Virus record (IMG/VR): IMGVR_UViG_3300027804_000039
Coordinates: 64,001 to 128,000 of that record
Reading direction: 5' to 3' (one strand)
Source of the DNA: a virus
DNA length: 64,000 nt
Part shown: positions 36,519-45,844 of the stretch, piece after piece
Position numbering within the stretch: position 1 is the first letter of the stretch
Layout of the letters: each line of letters opens with the position of its first letter
Notes under the pieces: model-generated
The model's database searches: none
The model's input: the letters and a program-made list of their open reading frames with translations, nothing else
What the model was told of the DNA's origin: nothing
Program-made: the position numbers and the translations under genes

Positions 36519-36740
36519 ATGTTTTCACCACACTTTTATATCGACTCATTCCAGTCAACTAAGAAGATCATTACTGATCAGATTTTTAAAGATCCTGCTT
36601 TAAACAAAGCAGCACACGCATATATTGATGCACAAACACAATTTGCCAAAATGGCAGTTAATAACACCATTGATATGGCTAAGTATTCCGTAGATTCAGT
36701 ATCCAAAGTATTGTTTCCGCAGAAGGAAGGTACCGCCTAA
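36519..36740 (+). CDS. Phasin-like small helical protein
   Basis: AAGGAG SD; IDSFQSTKK...AYIDAQTQFAKMAV amphipathic helices. Confidence 0.45.
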   Translation: MFSPHFYIDSFQSTKKIITDQIFKDPALNKAAHAYIDAQTQFAKMAVNNTIDMAKYSVDSVSKVLFPQKEGTA

Positions 36741-36773
36741 GGTACAAGACATACACACACAAAGGAGAATATT

Positions 36774-37043
36774 ATGTCACAATTTGAAACACCAAAACTA
36801 CCAGAAGTTAAATTTAATAAAAACGGCTACGAAATCCGTGCAGACATTCTAGCACTTGCCAAGGATCATGTTAACAACGAATTCCAAGTTAAGTTTGCAG
36901 GTTGGCAACTATCTGCCGCTAAAGACGAAAAGACTGGACAACTTGTTAGCACAGTATCAATGCCTGAATATCCAGGAATGGACAAGGTATTGGAAGCTGC
37001 TGAAAAAATGTACTCATTTGTTAATGCCGGCGCTAAGAAGTAA
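36774..37043 (+). CDS. Conserved hypothetical phage protein
   Basis: AAGGAG SD; NKNGYEIRADILALAKD...VLEAAEKMYSFV. Confidence 0.65.
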   Translation: MSQFETPKLPEVKFNKNGYEIRADILALAKDHVNNEFQVKFAGWQLSAAKDEKTGQLVSTVSMPEYPGMDKVLEAAEKMYSFVNAGAKK

Positions 37044-37110
37044 TATTGATATTAATACCTAAAAGGTTTATTATCGCCCATTGGGCATGAGTAGATTGAT
37101 ACTATAAAAA

Positions 37111-37140
37111 TAAGAAAAGCACCTTAGGGTGCTTTTTCTT
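37111..37140. terminator. Bidirectional terminator between convergent genes
   Basis: AAAAGCACC-TTAG-GGTGCTTTT with A/T tracts on both sides. Confidence 0.8.
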
Positions 37141-37545
37141 TTATGTGATTGACTGTTTGTCAAACAAGTCAGGATGCTTTTTGCCCCAGTTACGCATAAT
37201 GACAGCCGCTTCAGCATTGGCTTCATTTTCTTGTGGACTACCTGTTGCACCTGGATCGTCACCGTCCAGTTCGTGATTTAGATCTTGTTTGTAATGGACA
37301 AGTTCATGTGCCAATGTACGGCACACATCCATAATATGGCGATTGACTACTGTGATATTAATGTGCTCACTACCATATCCGCCAAAGCTGTGATGTTCTA
37401 CACTACGACTTGTGTCAAACTTAAAATCAAACTTAGGGAGGCTGTCTAGCTCTAAATGCTCTGCGGCAAACTTAATGAAGTCAAGTAGAACTGTGTAAGT
37501 GTCCTTACGTGTCATTCCTTCAGTTAGTATTTCTTTGACTTTCAT
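37141..37545 (-). CDS. HExxH zinc metallopeptidase-like protein
   Basis: RTLAHELVHYKQ ... ENEANAEA. Confidence 0.7.
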   Translation of the reverse strand: MKVKEILTEGMTRKDTYTVLLDFIKFAAEHLELDSLPKFDFKFDTSRSVEHHSFGGYGSEHINITVVNRHIMDVCRTLAHELVHYKQDLNHELDGDDPGATGSPQENEANAEAAVIMRNWGKKHPDLFDKQSIT

Positions 37546-38186
37546 TTCTTCTTTTTACCTTGACAATGAGCACGTTGACTAAACCCTTTTGGATTACTAC
37601 AGTTAATGCTGTTCTTATATTTCTTGCTCCATGCTTCAGTTAATTCTTGCGGAGCAAAACCAATGTAACTGTCACCGTTCTCGTCTCCGGCCTGCACAAC
37701 AAATGCACCGCCTTCTTCTGATTCTAACTCGCCAATTTCCCAACCCATACGGGCTAAGATTTTTTCAACTTGCTCTTGTACACGTTCATTACCAGTGTAC
37801 CACATACGGGCATACTTACGTAGACTATCTTCTTCGCTGTCTCCGCCGTCGCTAGGAGCAAACTCACTAATGTTTTTATCAATGCCTCTACTAGCAACTC
37901 CGCCTTTCTTACGTTTTGCGGCTAGTTCACTGATGCCGTGACGAATCTGTTCTAAGTTTTGCTCAAGGCCCATGAACAACCCACCCTTGGCATCACGACA
38001 AATACTTTGCCATACTGCCAAATCGTTTGATTCTGCACGTTCCGCTAGATCTTTTAACTGAGCACGAGCCTGCATAATGCGTCCTTTAAGACTCATTGGG
38101 TTGGCTTTAGCATGTCCGTAGATCATAGGATCATTAGGGTCGCCGGTGGGTTCTAAAGGAGTTTCTAACAGTTGATGCATTTTCAT
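37542..38186 (-). CDS. Modular hypothetical protein with basic Cys-containing C-terminal module
   Basis: Ends EAWSKKYKNSINCSNPKGFSQRAHCQGKKKK. Confidence 0.6.
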   Translation of the reverse strand: MKMHQLLETPLEPTGDPNDPMIYGHAKANPMSLKGRIMQARAQLKDLAERAESNDLAVWQSICRDAKGGLFMGLEQNLEQIRHGISELAAKRKKGGVASRGIDKNISEFAPSDGGDSEEDSLRKYARMWYTGNERVQEQVEKILARMGWEIGELESEEGGAFVVQAGDENGDSYIGFAPQELTEAWSKKYKNSINCSNPKGFSQRAHCQGKKKK

Positions 38187-38201
38187 AATAATACTTATCT
38201 T

Positions 38202-40046
38202 TTAATAAATCTCACGCCATTGTATAGCACAGGCTACATCTGCGGTTAACTGATTGCCGGCAAATATAGTGCTGACAATAACTACAAACACTTCACTGCT
38301 GGTACTGTCGATATTTTGGCTGATAATATTTTTCTTTGCCGCAGTAAGCGGACCTGTGGCCACTGGACTTAGACTGTTTTGGCTTGAACCGCTGGGTACA
38401 TATCCAGAAGCAAATCTATCAACATCAGCCGCAGTAAATCCTGTGGCATTGACGCAGTACTCAACTCCGCTGTTATCGTTGGCGCTAGTCCATACTAGTC
38501 CGCCAGGTGCTGTGGTACTTAGGCTAGCCACACTAGGCAGTTTAACAACTTCATAGACAATGGGTTCCGTTTTGGCAAACAAGCCAAGACTCAATGGACG
38601 CACACTTAATCTGTTAGGATAGCTTTGGAAAGTGTTTTTCAATCTAATAGCAATCAAAGGAAATCGTGTCTGTCCTGGAGTGGGAGTAGCACGGTTTGTA
38701 CTGTAGACACTCCAATCAATGCCCGACTCTACATATCCGCCTTCGCTCATCACTGAAGAACAGATCTGATCAAATGCTCCGCCGGGTGTTGTACCAGTAT
38801 TGCGTATTTCACAGCGTACAGGCAAGTTAGGATTGCTCATATAAACTGTGGGTAAGACATTGCTGTGATAGTATTCGTGTGCTGTTATCAATGCTCCGTT
38901 GTGAACGAATCCACAACGAACACGGCCCACGCCTAACCATTGAAAATCTATCCAGGCTAGATGTGTTTTGGTAATGTCTAATTTAAAACCACTTGGGCCT
39001 GTACCATCGCAAGGGTCTACGTTCCATTCACTCTGCGGCACACGGCGCTTGTATGTATAAGCCAACCCATTGACAGTTGTGTTGAATGTTGCTTCGCTGG
39101 GGCTACCGCCTACATAAGTTCTTATGACCCAGTTTAGTGTTTGTGTACTAGTGCTTACCGTTGTACCATCTGCTGTGTCACTGCCTACTTGTTCAAAGTA
39201 GATACCATCTCTATCATCAAAGTATCCTGTGCGTTTGGTAACATTGCGATGTGGAGCACGAAAGTTTACTGAACTATAGATCAGTTGACTCTTACCTGGT
39301 TGGTAGTGATGATAAAACTTAGTCTGATGTATGGCATAACTGCCTGTGTTAGAAGAAGTAGCCAACACGGCTGCGGCTTGATCCAAATTAAATGTCACTG
39401 TACCACCATTAGCAGTGCTGTCAAGAAAGTTTGGATCTATAGCGTAGATGTGCTTGTAGTCGCCAAGTGTAAACAGTTCGCTAACACGTTGACGACCAAA
39501 TGCGTCTGGGTTCATTTCAGCAACAGATACATCACCGGATATTGTAGCATTAATATTACCAGTTACTGTCCAAGGATTAGTGCCTTGATTAACTGTGATT
39601 GTTTCTAACGCGGTTAATGTTGTAGTACCTAATTCTACTGTGCCCGTTGTGTTAACAAATATACGATTAGTGTCGCTGTTGGCATTAGTGTCTTTGCTGA
39701 TGGCAAGATAGTCGTTGCTTATCTGTGCGAGCACACCATCCGCAATGTTACCACGCATACGGTCCCAAGTGCTTCCATTGAACACCATGTTGTGGTTTTC
39801 CGTAGGTAACACTACTGTTGGAGATGCTTCACCATCATTGACTGTTGAATCAAAGAACAGATCGTTAGTACCGTCCCACAGTTTAACTCTTTCTACAATG
39901 ACATCACCCTCGAGGCTGATACCGTCAACGTGTACACGCACCTGCGGTTGACCTGCGTTATTATACTGCATCGAATTGTGCAAGTCTAAAAGATTAGGCT
40001 CGTTAGGATGCTGGTAGTTGGTTGAATTAGGTTGTTGAACGCCCAT
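38202..40046 (-). CDS. Large beta-rich virion structural protein (tail/baseplate-associated candidate)
   Basis: T/S/N-rich; HQTKFYHHYQPGKSQ, WLGVGRVRCGF segments. Confidence 0.55.
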   Translation of the reverse strand: MGVQQPNSTNYQHPNEPNLLDLHNSMQYNNAGQPQVRVHVDGISLEGDVIVERVKLWDGTNDLFFDSTVNDGEASPTVVLPTENHNMVFNGSTWDRMRGNIADGVLAQISNDYLAISKDTNANSDTNRIFVNTTGTVELGTTTLTALETITVNQGTNPWTVTGNINATISGDVSVAEMNPDAFGRQRVSELFTLGDYKHIYAIDPNFLDSTANGGTVTFNLDQAAAVLATSSNTGSYAIHQTKFYHHYQPGKSQLIYSSVNFRAPHRNVTKRTGYFDDRDGIYFEQVGSDTADGTTVSTSTQTLNWVIRTYVGGSPSEATFNTTVNGLAYTYKRRVPQSEWNVDPCDGTGPSGFKLDITKTHLAWIDFQWLGVGRVRCGFVHNGALITAHEYYHSNVLPTVYMSNPNLPVRCEIRNTGTTPGGAFDQICSSVMSEGGYVESGIDWSVYSTNRATPTPGQTRFPLIAIRLKNTFQSYPNRLSVRPLSLGLFAKTEPIVYEVVKLPSVASLSTTAPGGLVWTSANDNSGVEYCVNATGFTAADVDRFASGYVPSGSSQNSLSPVATGPLTAAKKNIISQNIDSTSSEVFVVIVSTIFAGNQLTADVACAIQWREIY

Positions 40047-40048
40047 TG

Positions 40049-40729
40049 TTAGAACCCGCCAGTGGCAGTATTGTAATATAGTTTGCCGGCCCAGCTGGCA
40101 TTGCCACCACTGCCACTGTTCCAGTTCAATGCCATTTGCCCAACTCCAGGGTTGTTACCATATATTACACGCATTGGATAGTAAGTATCAGCTATTACTG
40201 TTTTAGTAAAACTGAACGAAGCGCCAACAGTAGCTAGGTCTGCTTTGCCGTCTGCGTTAGCCCAAGTGTATCCAGTTAATGCTGTTGGACCAATCCAAAC
40301 AGCACAACTGTCATCAATACCCGAAGTGTAAATAGTCCAAGTGCCTGTAGTGTTTGGCTTAAAATAGCCTGTCCACATATAACTTGTTTGTGATGTTCCT
40401 GCAAAGGCAAACCCGTTAGTGGCCGTGCCTGCTGTTGCTGTTTTTCCATCAAACCAAGTAGGATCTATTGCCCAATAACCTGTATAAGTTCTGCGATATA
40501 ATCCTGCGCCGTCTACTGTTGGTGCAACTGTCCACGGACGACCAACAACTAGTCCCCCTACGTTTGGATTATCAATAATGCCGTTGTCGTCATACTGTGT
40601 AGGCAACTGTGTAATATCGTAGTAGACCCTAGTCTCACCATCAGCAAATCTATCTTGTTGAGCTAACGCTAGTTTAGCTTTTTGTCTTAATTCTTTTGTT
40701 GCAAGAGTACTAATTCCATTTGCTGACAT
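40049..40729 (-). CDS. PA14/GLEYA-like carbohydrate-binding domain protein
   Basis: MWTGYFKP..TGTWTIYTSGIDDS.AVWIG...YYPMRVIYGN. Confidence 0.7.
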   Translation of the reverse strand: MSANGISTLATKELRQKAKLALAQQDRFADGETRVYYDITQLPTQYDDNGIIDNPNVGGLVVGRPWTVAPTVDGAGLYRRTYTGYWAIDPTWFDGKTATAGTATNGFAFAGTSQTSYMWTGYFKPNTTGTWTIYTSGIDDSCAVWIGPTALTGYTWANADGKADLATVGASFSFTKTVIADTYYPMRVIYGNNPGVGQMALNWNSGSGGNASWAGKLYYNTATGGF

Positions 40730-40730
40730 A

Positions 40731-41093
40731 TTACTCTCCTATCTGGTGTTGATGACCAGGATACATACTTGGGTGTTGTACACGAATGTCTGCTGGATGT
40801 TTAGGTGCTTGCATTCCGCCGCCTGCATCACAGGTTACACTATCAATACTGGCATATTTTTCTTTTGGTGTGTTGCCGTAAGGTTCAACACCATCATTGT
40901 CTGCTAGGTCCACAATCTGTTTAAATCTGCGGATATCGTCTCCTGCGTGAGTTAACGGACTAGCATCTTCTGGTTCGTCTATTGTTGCTGTAGGATGCGC
41001 TACAATAACTGTAGTCACTTGCTCTGGTTCTGGCGGACGTTCTTGTTGGTCCACCATGTTAATAAAACTGCGTATGATATCCTGAATTCTCAT
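40731..41093 (-). CDS. Hypothetical late protein (MRIQDII N-terminus)
   Basis: Late box at 41113-41118 and AGGA SD. Confidence 0.6.
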   Translation of the reverse strand: MRIQDIIRSFINMVDQQERPPEPEQVTTVIVAHPTATIDEPEDASPLTHAGDDIRRFKQIVDLADNDGVEPYGNTPKEKYASIDSVTCDAGGGMQAPKHPADIRVQHPSMYPGHQHQIGE

Positions 41094-41112
41094 GATTTTT
41101 TCCTGTATCCAG

Positions 41113-41128
41113 TATTTAGTGTTAAATA
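41113..41128. promoter_or_regulatory. Back-to-back TAAATA late boxes
   Basis: gTATTTAgtgtTAAATAc: minus box 41113-41118, plus box 41123-41128. Confidence 0.6.
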
Positions 41129-41135
41129 CGTCACT

Positions 41136-42338
41136 ATGATAAACAAAGAACCTTTTGAAAAACTAATTTCAGATCTTAAAGAATCGGGCAAATATCGTGT
41201 GTTTAATGATATTGTGCGCGAAAACGGCAAATTCCCACAGGCTATTTGGTACGGTCCCTACAATATTAAGAACATTGTAAACTGGTGTAGTAACGATTAC
41301 TTGGGCATGGGCCAGCATAAAGTTGTGCTAGATGCCATGCACACCGCATTGGACCACACAGGCAGTGGATCTGGTGGTACACGTAATATTGGCGGAACCA
41401 GTCACTATCATGTGGCACTAGAACATGAACTCGCTCTGTTACACAAAAAAGAAAAAGCAATACTATTTTCAAGTGCCTATGTAGCTAACGAATGGACACT
41501 GATTGCCTTAGCTAAGATTATTCCTAATATTGAATACATCAGCGATGAGAACAATCACAACAGTATCATTGTTGGTATTAGTCATAGCAAAGCACCCAAA
41601 GTTGTCTTTAAACACAACGACTTAGAAGATCTAGAACAAAAACTTAAAATTAGTTTTGCCAAAGGCAATACACCATGTGTTGTATTTGAAAGTGTGTACA
41701 GTATGGATGGCGATGTTGGACACATTAAAGAAATTGCTAAGTTAGCAGAGAAGTATAAAGCCATAACTTACATTGATGAAGTGCATGCCGTAGGACTTTA
41801 CGGTGAGACAGGTGCAGGTAAAGTTGAAGAACTTAGAGCAGAGAGTAAGATTGATATTATTAACGGTACACTAGGTAAAGCCTATGGAGTACAGGGCGGC
41901 TATATTGCCTGCGATAAAATTGTAGGCGATGCTATTCGTAGTGTTGCCGCTGGATTTATCTTTACAACATCAATGAGTCCAGTTACCTGTGCAGGTGCAT
42001 TAGCAGCCATCAAATGGTTAAAGGCTCATCCAGAAGTACGCGAAAAGCATCAGGAACGTGCTCGTAAGTTAAAGCACAGATTAAAGGCAGCAGGTATTCC
42101 TGTGATGGATTGCAGTACCAGTCACATTGTTCCTGTGCTAGTAGGCGATGCTAAGAAAGCCAAAGCTATGAGTGATTACTTGCTTAATGAACATGGAATC
42201 TATGTTCAGGCTATCAACTATCCTACAGTAGATGTAGGAACGGAGCGGTTGCGATTTGCACCTACTCCGTTTCACGATGATGGAATGATAGAGGATCTAG
42301 TAAATGCTCTTAAACAAGCATTTGAGCAATTTGAGTAA
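41136..42338 (+). CDS. hemA: 5-aminolevulinate synthase (PLP-dependent, C4/Shemin pathway)
   Basis: [86 protein letters not shown]; start at ATG 41136 (400 aa). Confidence 0.92.
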   Translation: MINKEPFEKLISDLKESGKYRVFNDIVRENGKFPQAIWYGPYNIKNIVNWCSNDYLGMGQHKVVLDAMHTALDHTGSGSGGTRNIGGTSHYHVALEHELALLHKKEKAILFSSAYVANEWTLIALAKIIPNIEYISDENNHNSIIVGISHSKAPKVVFKHNDLEDLEQKLKISFAKGNTPCVVFESVYSMDGDVGHIKEIAKLAEKYKAITYIDEVHAVGLYGETGAGKVEELRAESKIDIINGTLGKAYGVQGGYIACDKIVGDAIRSVAAGFIFTTSMSPVTCAGALAAIKWLKAHPEVREKHQERARKLKHRLKAAGIPVMDCSTSHIVPVLVGDAKKAKAMSDYLLNEHGIYVQAINYPTVDVGTERLRFAPTPFHDDGMIEDLVNALKQAFEQFE

Positions 42339-42546
42339 CACCAAATACCAGCATTGAACGAGCTTCGGCGTTAGTTGCTTCTTCGTTTAACTTATCTGTA
42401 TTAACTAAATCTTCCAATAATGCACGAGCTTCGTCTGCACTAATCTCGCCATTGCGGTTTGCTTCAGCAATTTGTAGTGCCATTTGAGCACGAGTCTCTG
42501 CCCAAGGTAAACCACATCCTGCTAACTGAAATAAACTATCTGACAT
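42310..42546 (-). CDS. Hypothetical protein
   Basis: GGGAG SD; overlaps the end of the ALAS gene convergently. Confidence 0.6.
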   Translation of the reverse strand: MSDSLFQLAGCGLPWAETRAQMALQIAEANRNGEISADEARALLEDLVNTDKLNEEATNAEARSMLVFGVTQIAQMLV

Positions 42547-42930
42547 TTAGAATCTCCCTTGTACTGTATGAGCAATCATATCAGCCTGTTGAATTAATAT
42601 CTTCTTTTTGATTTCACAGTATGTAGGACTTACTGGTCCTTTGGCTGTGCGATCTACCATTTCTTTTACAGAGTCTTGCATTTTACCCACTGGCACAATT
42701 ACATCGCGTGTTGGTTTGCTTTTTGCATATATGTCAAACCATTCAATCTTTTGTGATAGGTCTTTTGACTGTTGTGCAATGTCGCCTTTACAATCAAAGT
42801 TACGAGTTGTTTGTTGTATTGATGTTATTGACTGGCTTTGGTTTGCATCCCAGCGAACTGGAATCCAATCTTTGATTGTGCTACAACCAGTTAAACTAAA
42901 AACTGCAAGAATTACTAATAGTTTCTTCAT
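42547..42930 (-). CDS. Lipoprotein
   Basis: MKKLLVILAVFSLTGC lipobox. Confidence 0.75.
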   Translation of the reverse strand: MKKLLVILAVFSLTGCSTIKDWIPVRWDANQSQSITSIQQTTRNFDCKGDIAQQSKDLSQKIEWFDIYAKSKPTRDVIVPVGKMQDSVKEMVDRTAKGPVSPTYCEIKKKILIQQADMIAHTVQGRF

Positions 42931-44165
42931 TTCTTTTTTGCCCTCCCGGCTTTCATGTTAGCTAACCAATGTGCTAATTGTCCTTTGCGGCCGCCTTGCT
43001 TGGCAGTCTTGCGTAAACTGCTTACGCTGGCTTTGGTATTGATACCGTGACGTTTAGCATCTCCTTTGTCTTGTGGATTACGGCCATCTGCAAAGTTTTC
43101 TTTTAGATGTAAAAATGTATCAGCAAACTCTTTACACATATCTCTTATGGAACTATTTTCAGTTTCCATAATATTAAAATCTCTGTGTTCTTCTTCTTGT
43201 GTTGGATCCATATAACCTGCATAAACTTTCTTAACACCATGCTGGTTAATTAGTTCTGTACAGTCTTCACCATAACGTTCGTCCATGTGTTCGCTACATG
43301 GACTGCAAGTGGTAATAATAATACTGCCTGCTGGAATGTCTCCGTACTGTTCTACATATCTGTCAATGGCTACACGTTCTGCGTGTCTACGTTTGCCGTT
43401 GGGTGCTGGAAGATTAATACCTTGTACAAGATTGTTGTCGTTATCCAATACTGCGGCTGCTACCATTCCATATTTGTCAGCATCTTTCTTTTGCCCTTTT
43501 ATTACTAAATCTGCAAGTTCAGAAAGAATGTTGTCTAACTTTTCATAATTATGTATTTCGTAGTCGTCTTGGTTTTCAATAACTTGTGTACTGCCGGTTG
43601 GTCCAACATATAAAGCACGGAAATCAACTTGTGGGTATTCTTTTTTAAGATCTTTAAAGACTTTTAAGTTGCTCATTGAATCATCGTACAAACGAACATG
43701 CCCGTACTGTCTTGTGTTTAAGTATTTGCGAACCCATACAGCTTTTTTATAAGCAGGAGCTTCGTTGCCTGGCAAGTTACCAGCACGATGTACATGGACA
43801 CGACTCATGTCAATGCCTAGGTCTTGGAATGTTTGCAGAAACGTTTCTTTGTCATCAAAGTCTGCACGAGCAGTAAGCATGATAACTTTAGCATTACCCG
43901 CATGACTTAGTATGGTTTTTAGTTTTCGTATCATTGGAGCAATTGGTTTGCTTTCTTGACGAAACTTTTCAGCATTTCTAAATTCACCAAAGTCAAATTC
44001 TTCGCCAGGAGCAAGTTTATAGTTATTAAACTCTTGATTAGTTAGTGTTCTAACTACTTGTCCATTTTGCACAACTTTAATTTTTGCAGTCGTATGCAAC
44101 AACGTATCATCTATATCAAAGATGATTAAGTCTCTGTTACCAGGTGTAAATTCATTTGCTCTCAT
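42927..44165 (-). CDS. HAD phosphatase - zinc deaminase fusion with basic tail
   Basis: FDIDDTLL (HAD motif I), LTAR, LYDDS; then HAERVAID...TCSPCSE...DC (CDA-fold deaminase); start MRANEF at 44165. Confidence 0.7.
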   Translation of the reverse strand: MRANEFTPGNRDLIIFDIDDTLLHTTAKIKVVQNGQVVRTLTNQEFNNYKLAPGEEFDFGEFRNAEKFRQESKPIAPMIRKLKTILSHAGNAKVIMLTARADFDDKETFLQTFQDLGIDMSRVHVHRAGNLPGNEAPAYKKAVWVRKYLNTRQYGHVRLYDDSMSNLKVFKDLKKEYPQVDFRALYVGPTGSTQVIENQDDYEIHNYEKLDNILSELADLVIKGQKKDADKYGMVAAAVLDNDNNLVQGINLPAPNGKRRHAERVAIDRYVEQYGDIPAGSIIITTCSPCSEHMDERYGEDCTELINQHGVKKVYAGYMDPTQEEEHRDFNIMETENSSIRDMCKEFADTFLHLKENFADGRNPQDKGDAKRHGINTKASVSSLRKTAKQGGRKGQLAHWLANMKAGRAKKK

Positions 44166-44331
44166 TTGGTGTCTCTGGTGGGCAACAGAATCTAGGATCG
44201 CACCAATCGCTATAGTCTTGGCCAGCATAGCCGCCATAAGCAAGACTCATGCTGATACTGTACATAACAAGTCCTGCTACAAAATTTTTAGTGAGGGCTG
44301 TAAGGGTTTCTTGGACGGTCATAGCCATCAT
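44152..44331 (-). CDS. Small peptide with hydrophobic leader and Cys/Pro-rich tail
   Basis: GGAGG SD; MMAMTVQETLTALTKNFVAGLVMYSISMSLAYGGYAGQDYSDWCDPRFCCPPETPNESK. Confidence 0.45.
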   Translation of the reverse strand: MMAMTVQETLTALTKNFVAGLVMYSISMSLAYGGYAGQDYSDWCDPRFCCPPETPNESK

Positions 44332-44365
44332 CCTCCGGGTAAACTGGATAATCGTTTGGGTTCAT
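44288..44365 (-). CDS. Possible 25-aa peptide
   Basis: MNPNDYPVYPEDDGYDRPRNPYSPH*; TAATG coupling to the nuclease stop codon. Confidence 0.35.
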   Translation of the reverse strand: MNPNDYPVYPEDDGYDRPRNPYSPH

Positions 44366-44811
44366 TACTGGCACCAGCTTTGTTTTGCATCGCCGTAATA
44401 TTCGCGAGCAAAGCCGTTGGCAATTAGTGCTGCACGTAAACTCTGTCCGTTAACTAAAATGTCCCCAAGAACACGACCACCAAACTTGTCCCATCCGTAG
44501 AGTGTAGCTTGAAATTTACCGCCACTGGCTGCGGCTTGGGCGATTGCATTTTTAGTAAAAGCAGATGCGGCTTCTCCTCGTTGTGCTTCGCTAGGGCATT
44601 GTGCTCTGTGCCCTTTTTCTGGTGTGTCAACTCCGTAGACTCTAACAGCAAGTTCTGGCTTAAGAGGTGGTGGTAAAAAGGGAGCGGCGATAACAACTGT
44701 ATCGCCATCGCTCACTCTTAGTATTTGTGCGTCATATGTAACGCCTTTGGGTGCTTTTTGTGCTAATGCTAGTGTTGGAACTAGCAATAAAAGTGTTAGA
44801 AACTTTTTCAT
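44365..44811 (-). CDS. Secreted thermonuclease (SNase family)
   Basis: Signal peptide; VSDGDT, VRVYGVDTPE, DKFGGRVLG, LIANGFAREY; late box at 44837-44842. Confidence 0.88.
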   Translation of the reverse strand: MKKFLTLLLLVPTLALAQKAPKGVTYDAQILRVSDGDTVVIAAPFLPPPLKPELAVRVYGVDTPEKGHRAQCPSEAQRGEAASAFTKNAIAQAAASGGKFQATLYGWDKFGGRVLGDILVNGQSLRAALIANGFAREYYGDAKQSWCQ

Positions 44812-44866
44812 TATGAAATCCTATATTAACAGCTAATATTTATCGTTGTGTTTGAATATCATTTGA

Positions 44867-44894
44867 TAAAAAAGCCCACTGTAAAAGTGGGCTT
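44867..44894 (-). terminator. Rho-independent terminator
   Basis: AAGCCCACT-TTTAC-AGTGGGCTT followed by a T run. Confidence 0.8.
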
Positions 44895-44916
44895 GGTATC
44901 GGATTAATAACTGCTA

Positions 44917-45366
44917 TTAACCGTCTGTGTCGCTGTCGCCGATCTGACCAATCAACAAGAGTATTTCTGCACCGCCTAGGGCAGTACGTACTGCATCTCG
45001 TAGTATAGTAATAGTACTGCCTTCGTTGAGGAAAGTAGTACCCGCATCGTAAGGGATACTTGAATCTCTACACATTATAGTTAAACGATTGCTGTCACTG
45101 GTACAGCCTACTTCATAGACTTCGCAGTACTGTTGCACTGCCTGTACTGCTAGGAATACATCGCTGTTCTGTGACTGGAAGTCACTGGTAATGCTGTAGT
45201 TGTCTGCGTTAGTGCTGTCGTTAGGTGCCCATGCAGTATTACCGCTAGGTAATGTTTCCCCGTTGGTATTTAAAATTATGGGCGTAATTTTGGGTGTTCC
45301 TAGTTCACTACTAGGAATAACTCTCCTAGTGTTTTGACCTAGGTCTGAATTGTATAAATCTGGCAT
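44917..45366 (-). CDS. Small late protein; paralogue of 34479-34880
   Basis: Late box 45396-45401, AGGAG SD, own terminator. Confidence 0.6.
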   Translation of the reverse strand: MPDLYNSDLGQNTRRVIPSSELGTPKITPIILNTNGETLPSGNTAWAPNDSTNADNYSITSDFQSQNSDVFLAVQAVQQYCEVYEVGCTSDSNRLTIMCRDSSIPYDAGTTFLNEGSTITILRDAVRTALGGAEILLLIGQIGDSDTDG

Positions 45367-45409
45367 AATACTCTCCTATATGCATATTTGTAAAGTATTT
45401 AGCCGTATT

Positions 45410-45844
45410 TTAAATATAATTGTTGAACCAGCCTATCTTACGACCTTCTTCAATGCGTCGATCATGTTCGGCAACAGAGGAAGGATAACGCCAAGCCCAA
45501 ATGGCAACAAGGGCCATAAAAATACCAGTATATACCAATCCACGGGTAGGAACTCCTGTAAAATACATTATCAAAAGACTGGTACTCATCATGGCCAACA
45601 TGAAGTATTTCATCTTTTGTGGGAATACTCGCTTCTCGCCCCAATTGGTAAGAAACGGGCCAAATAGTTTATGATTGTACAGCCAGGCATGCATACGGGG
45701 ACTGCCTTTGGCAAAGCAATATGCTGCAAATACCACAAAGGGACTATAGGGTATGCCGGGTGTTACCACACCGACATACGCTAGACCTAGGCTACAAAAG
45801 CCTAGGATTTTCCAAAACCACTGTTTTAAATATATTGTAACCAT
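45410..45844 (-). CDS. ybaN: YbaN/DUF454 family inner membrane protein
   Basis: GVVTPGIPYSPF..FAAYCFAKGSPRMHAWL..HKLFGPFL.NW. Confidence 0.8.
   Translation of the reverse strand: MVTIYLKQWFWKILGFCSLGLAYVGVVTPGIPYSPFVVFAAYCFAKGSPRMHAWLYNHKLFGPFLTNWGEKRVFPQKMKYFMLAMMSTSLLIMYFTGVPTRGLVYTGIFMALVAIWAWRYPSSVAEHDRRIEEGRKIGWFNNYI

Noticed and set aside
42933-42939. In-frame A_AAA_AAG at the end of the HAD-deaminase gene whose -1 frame enters the downstream lipoprotein
   Set aside because: This is an ordinary ATGA coupling; the downstream gene has its own start and lipoprotein signal peptide, which a fusion would bury; there is no A9 run.
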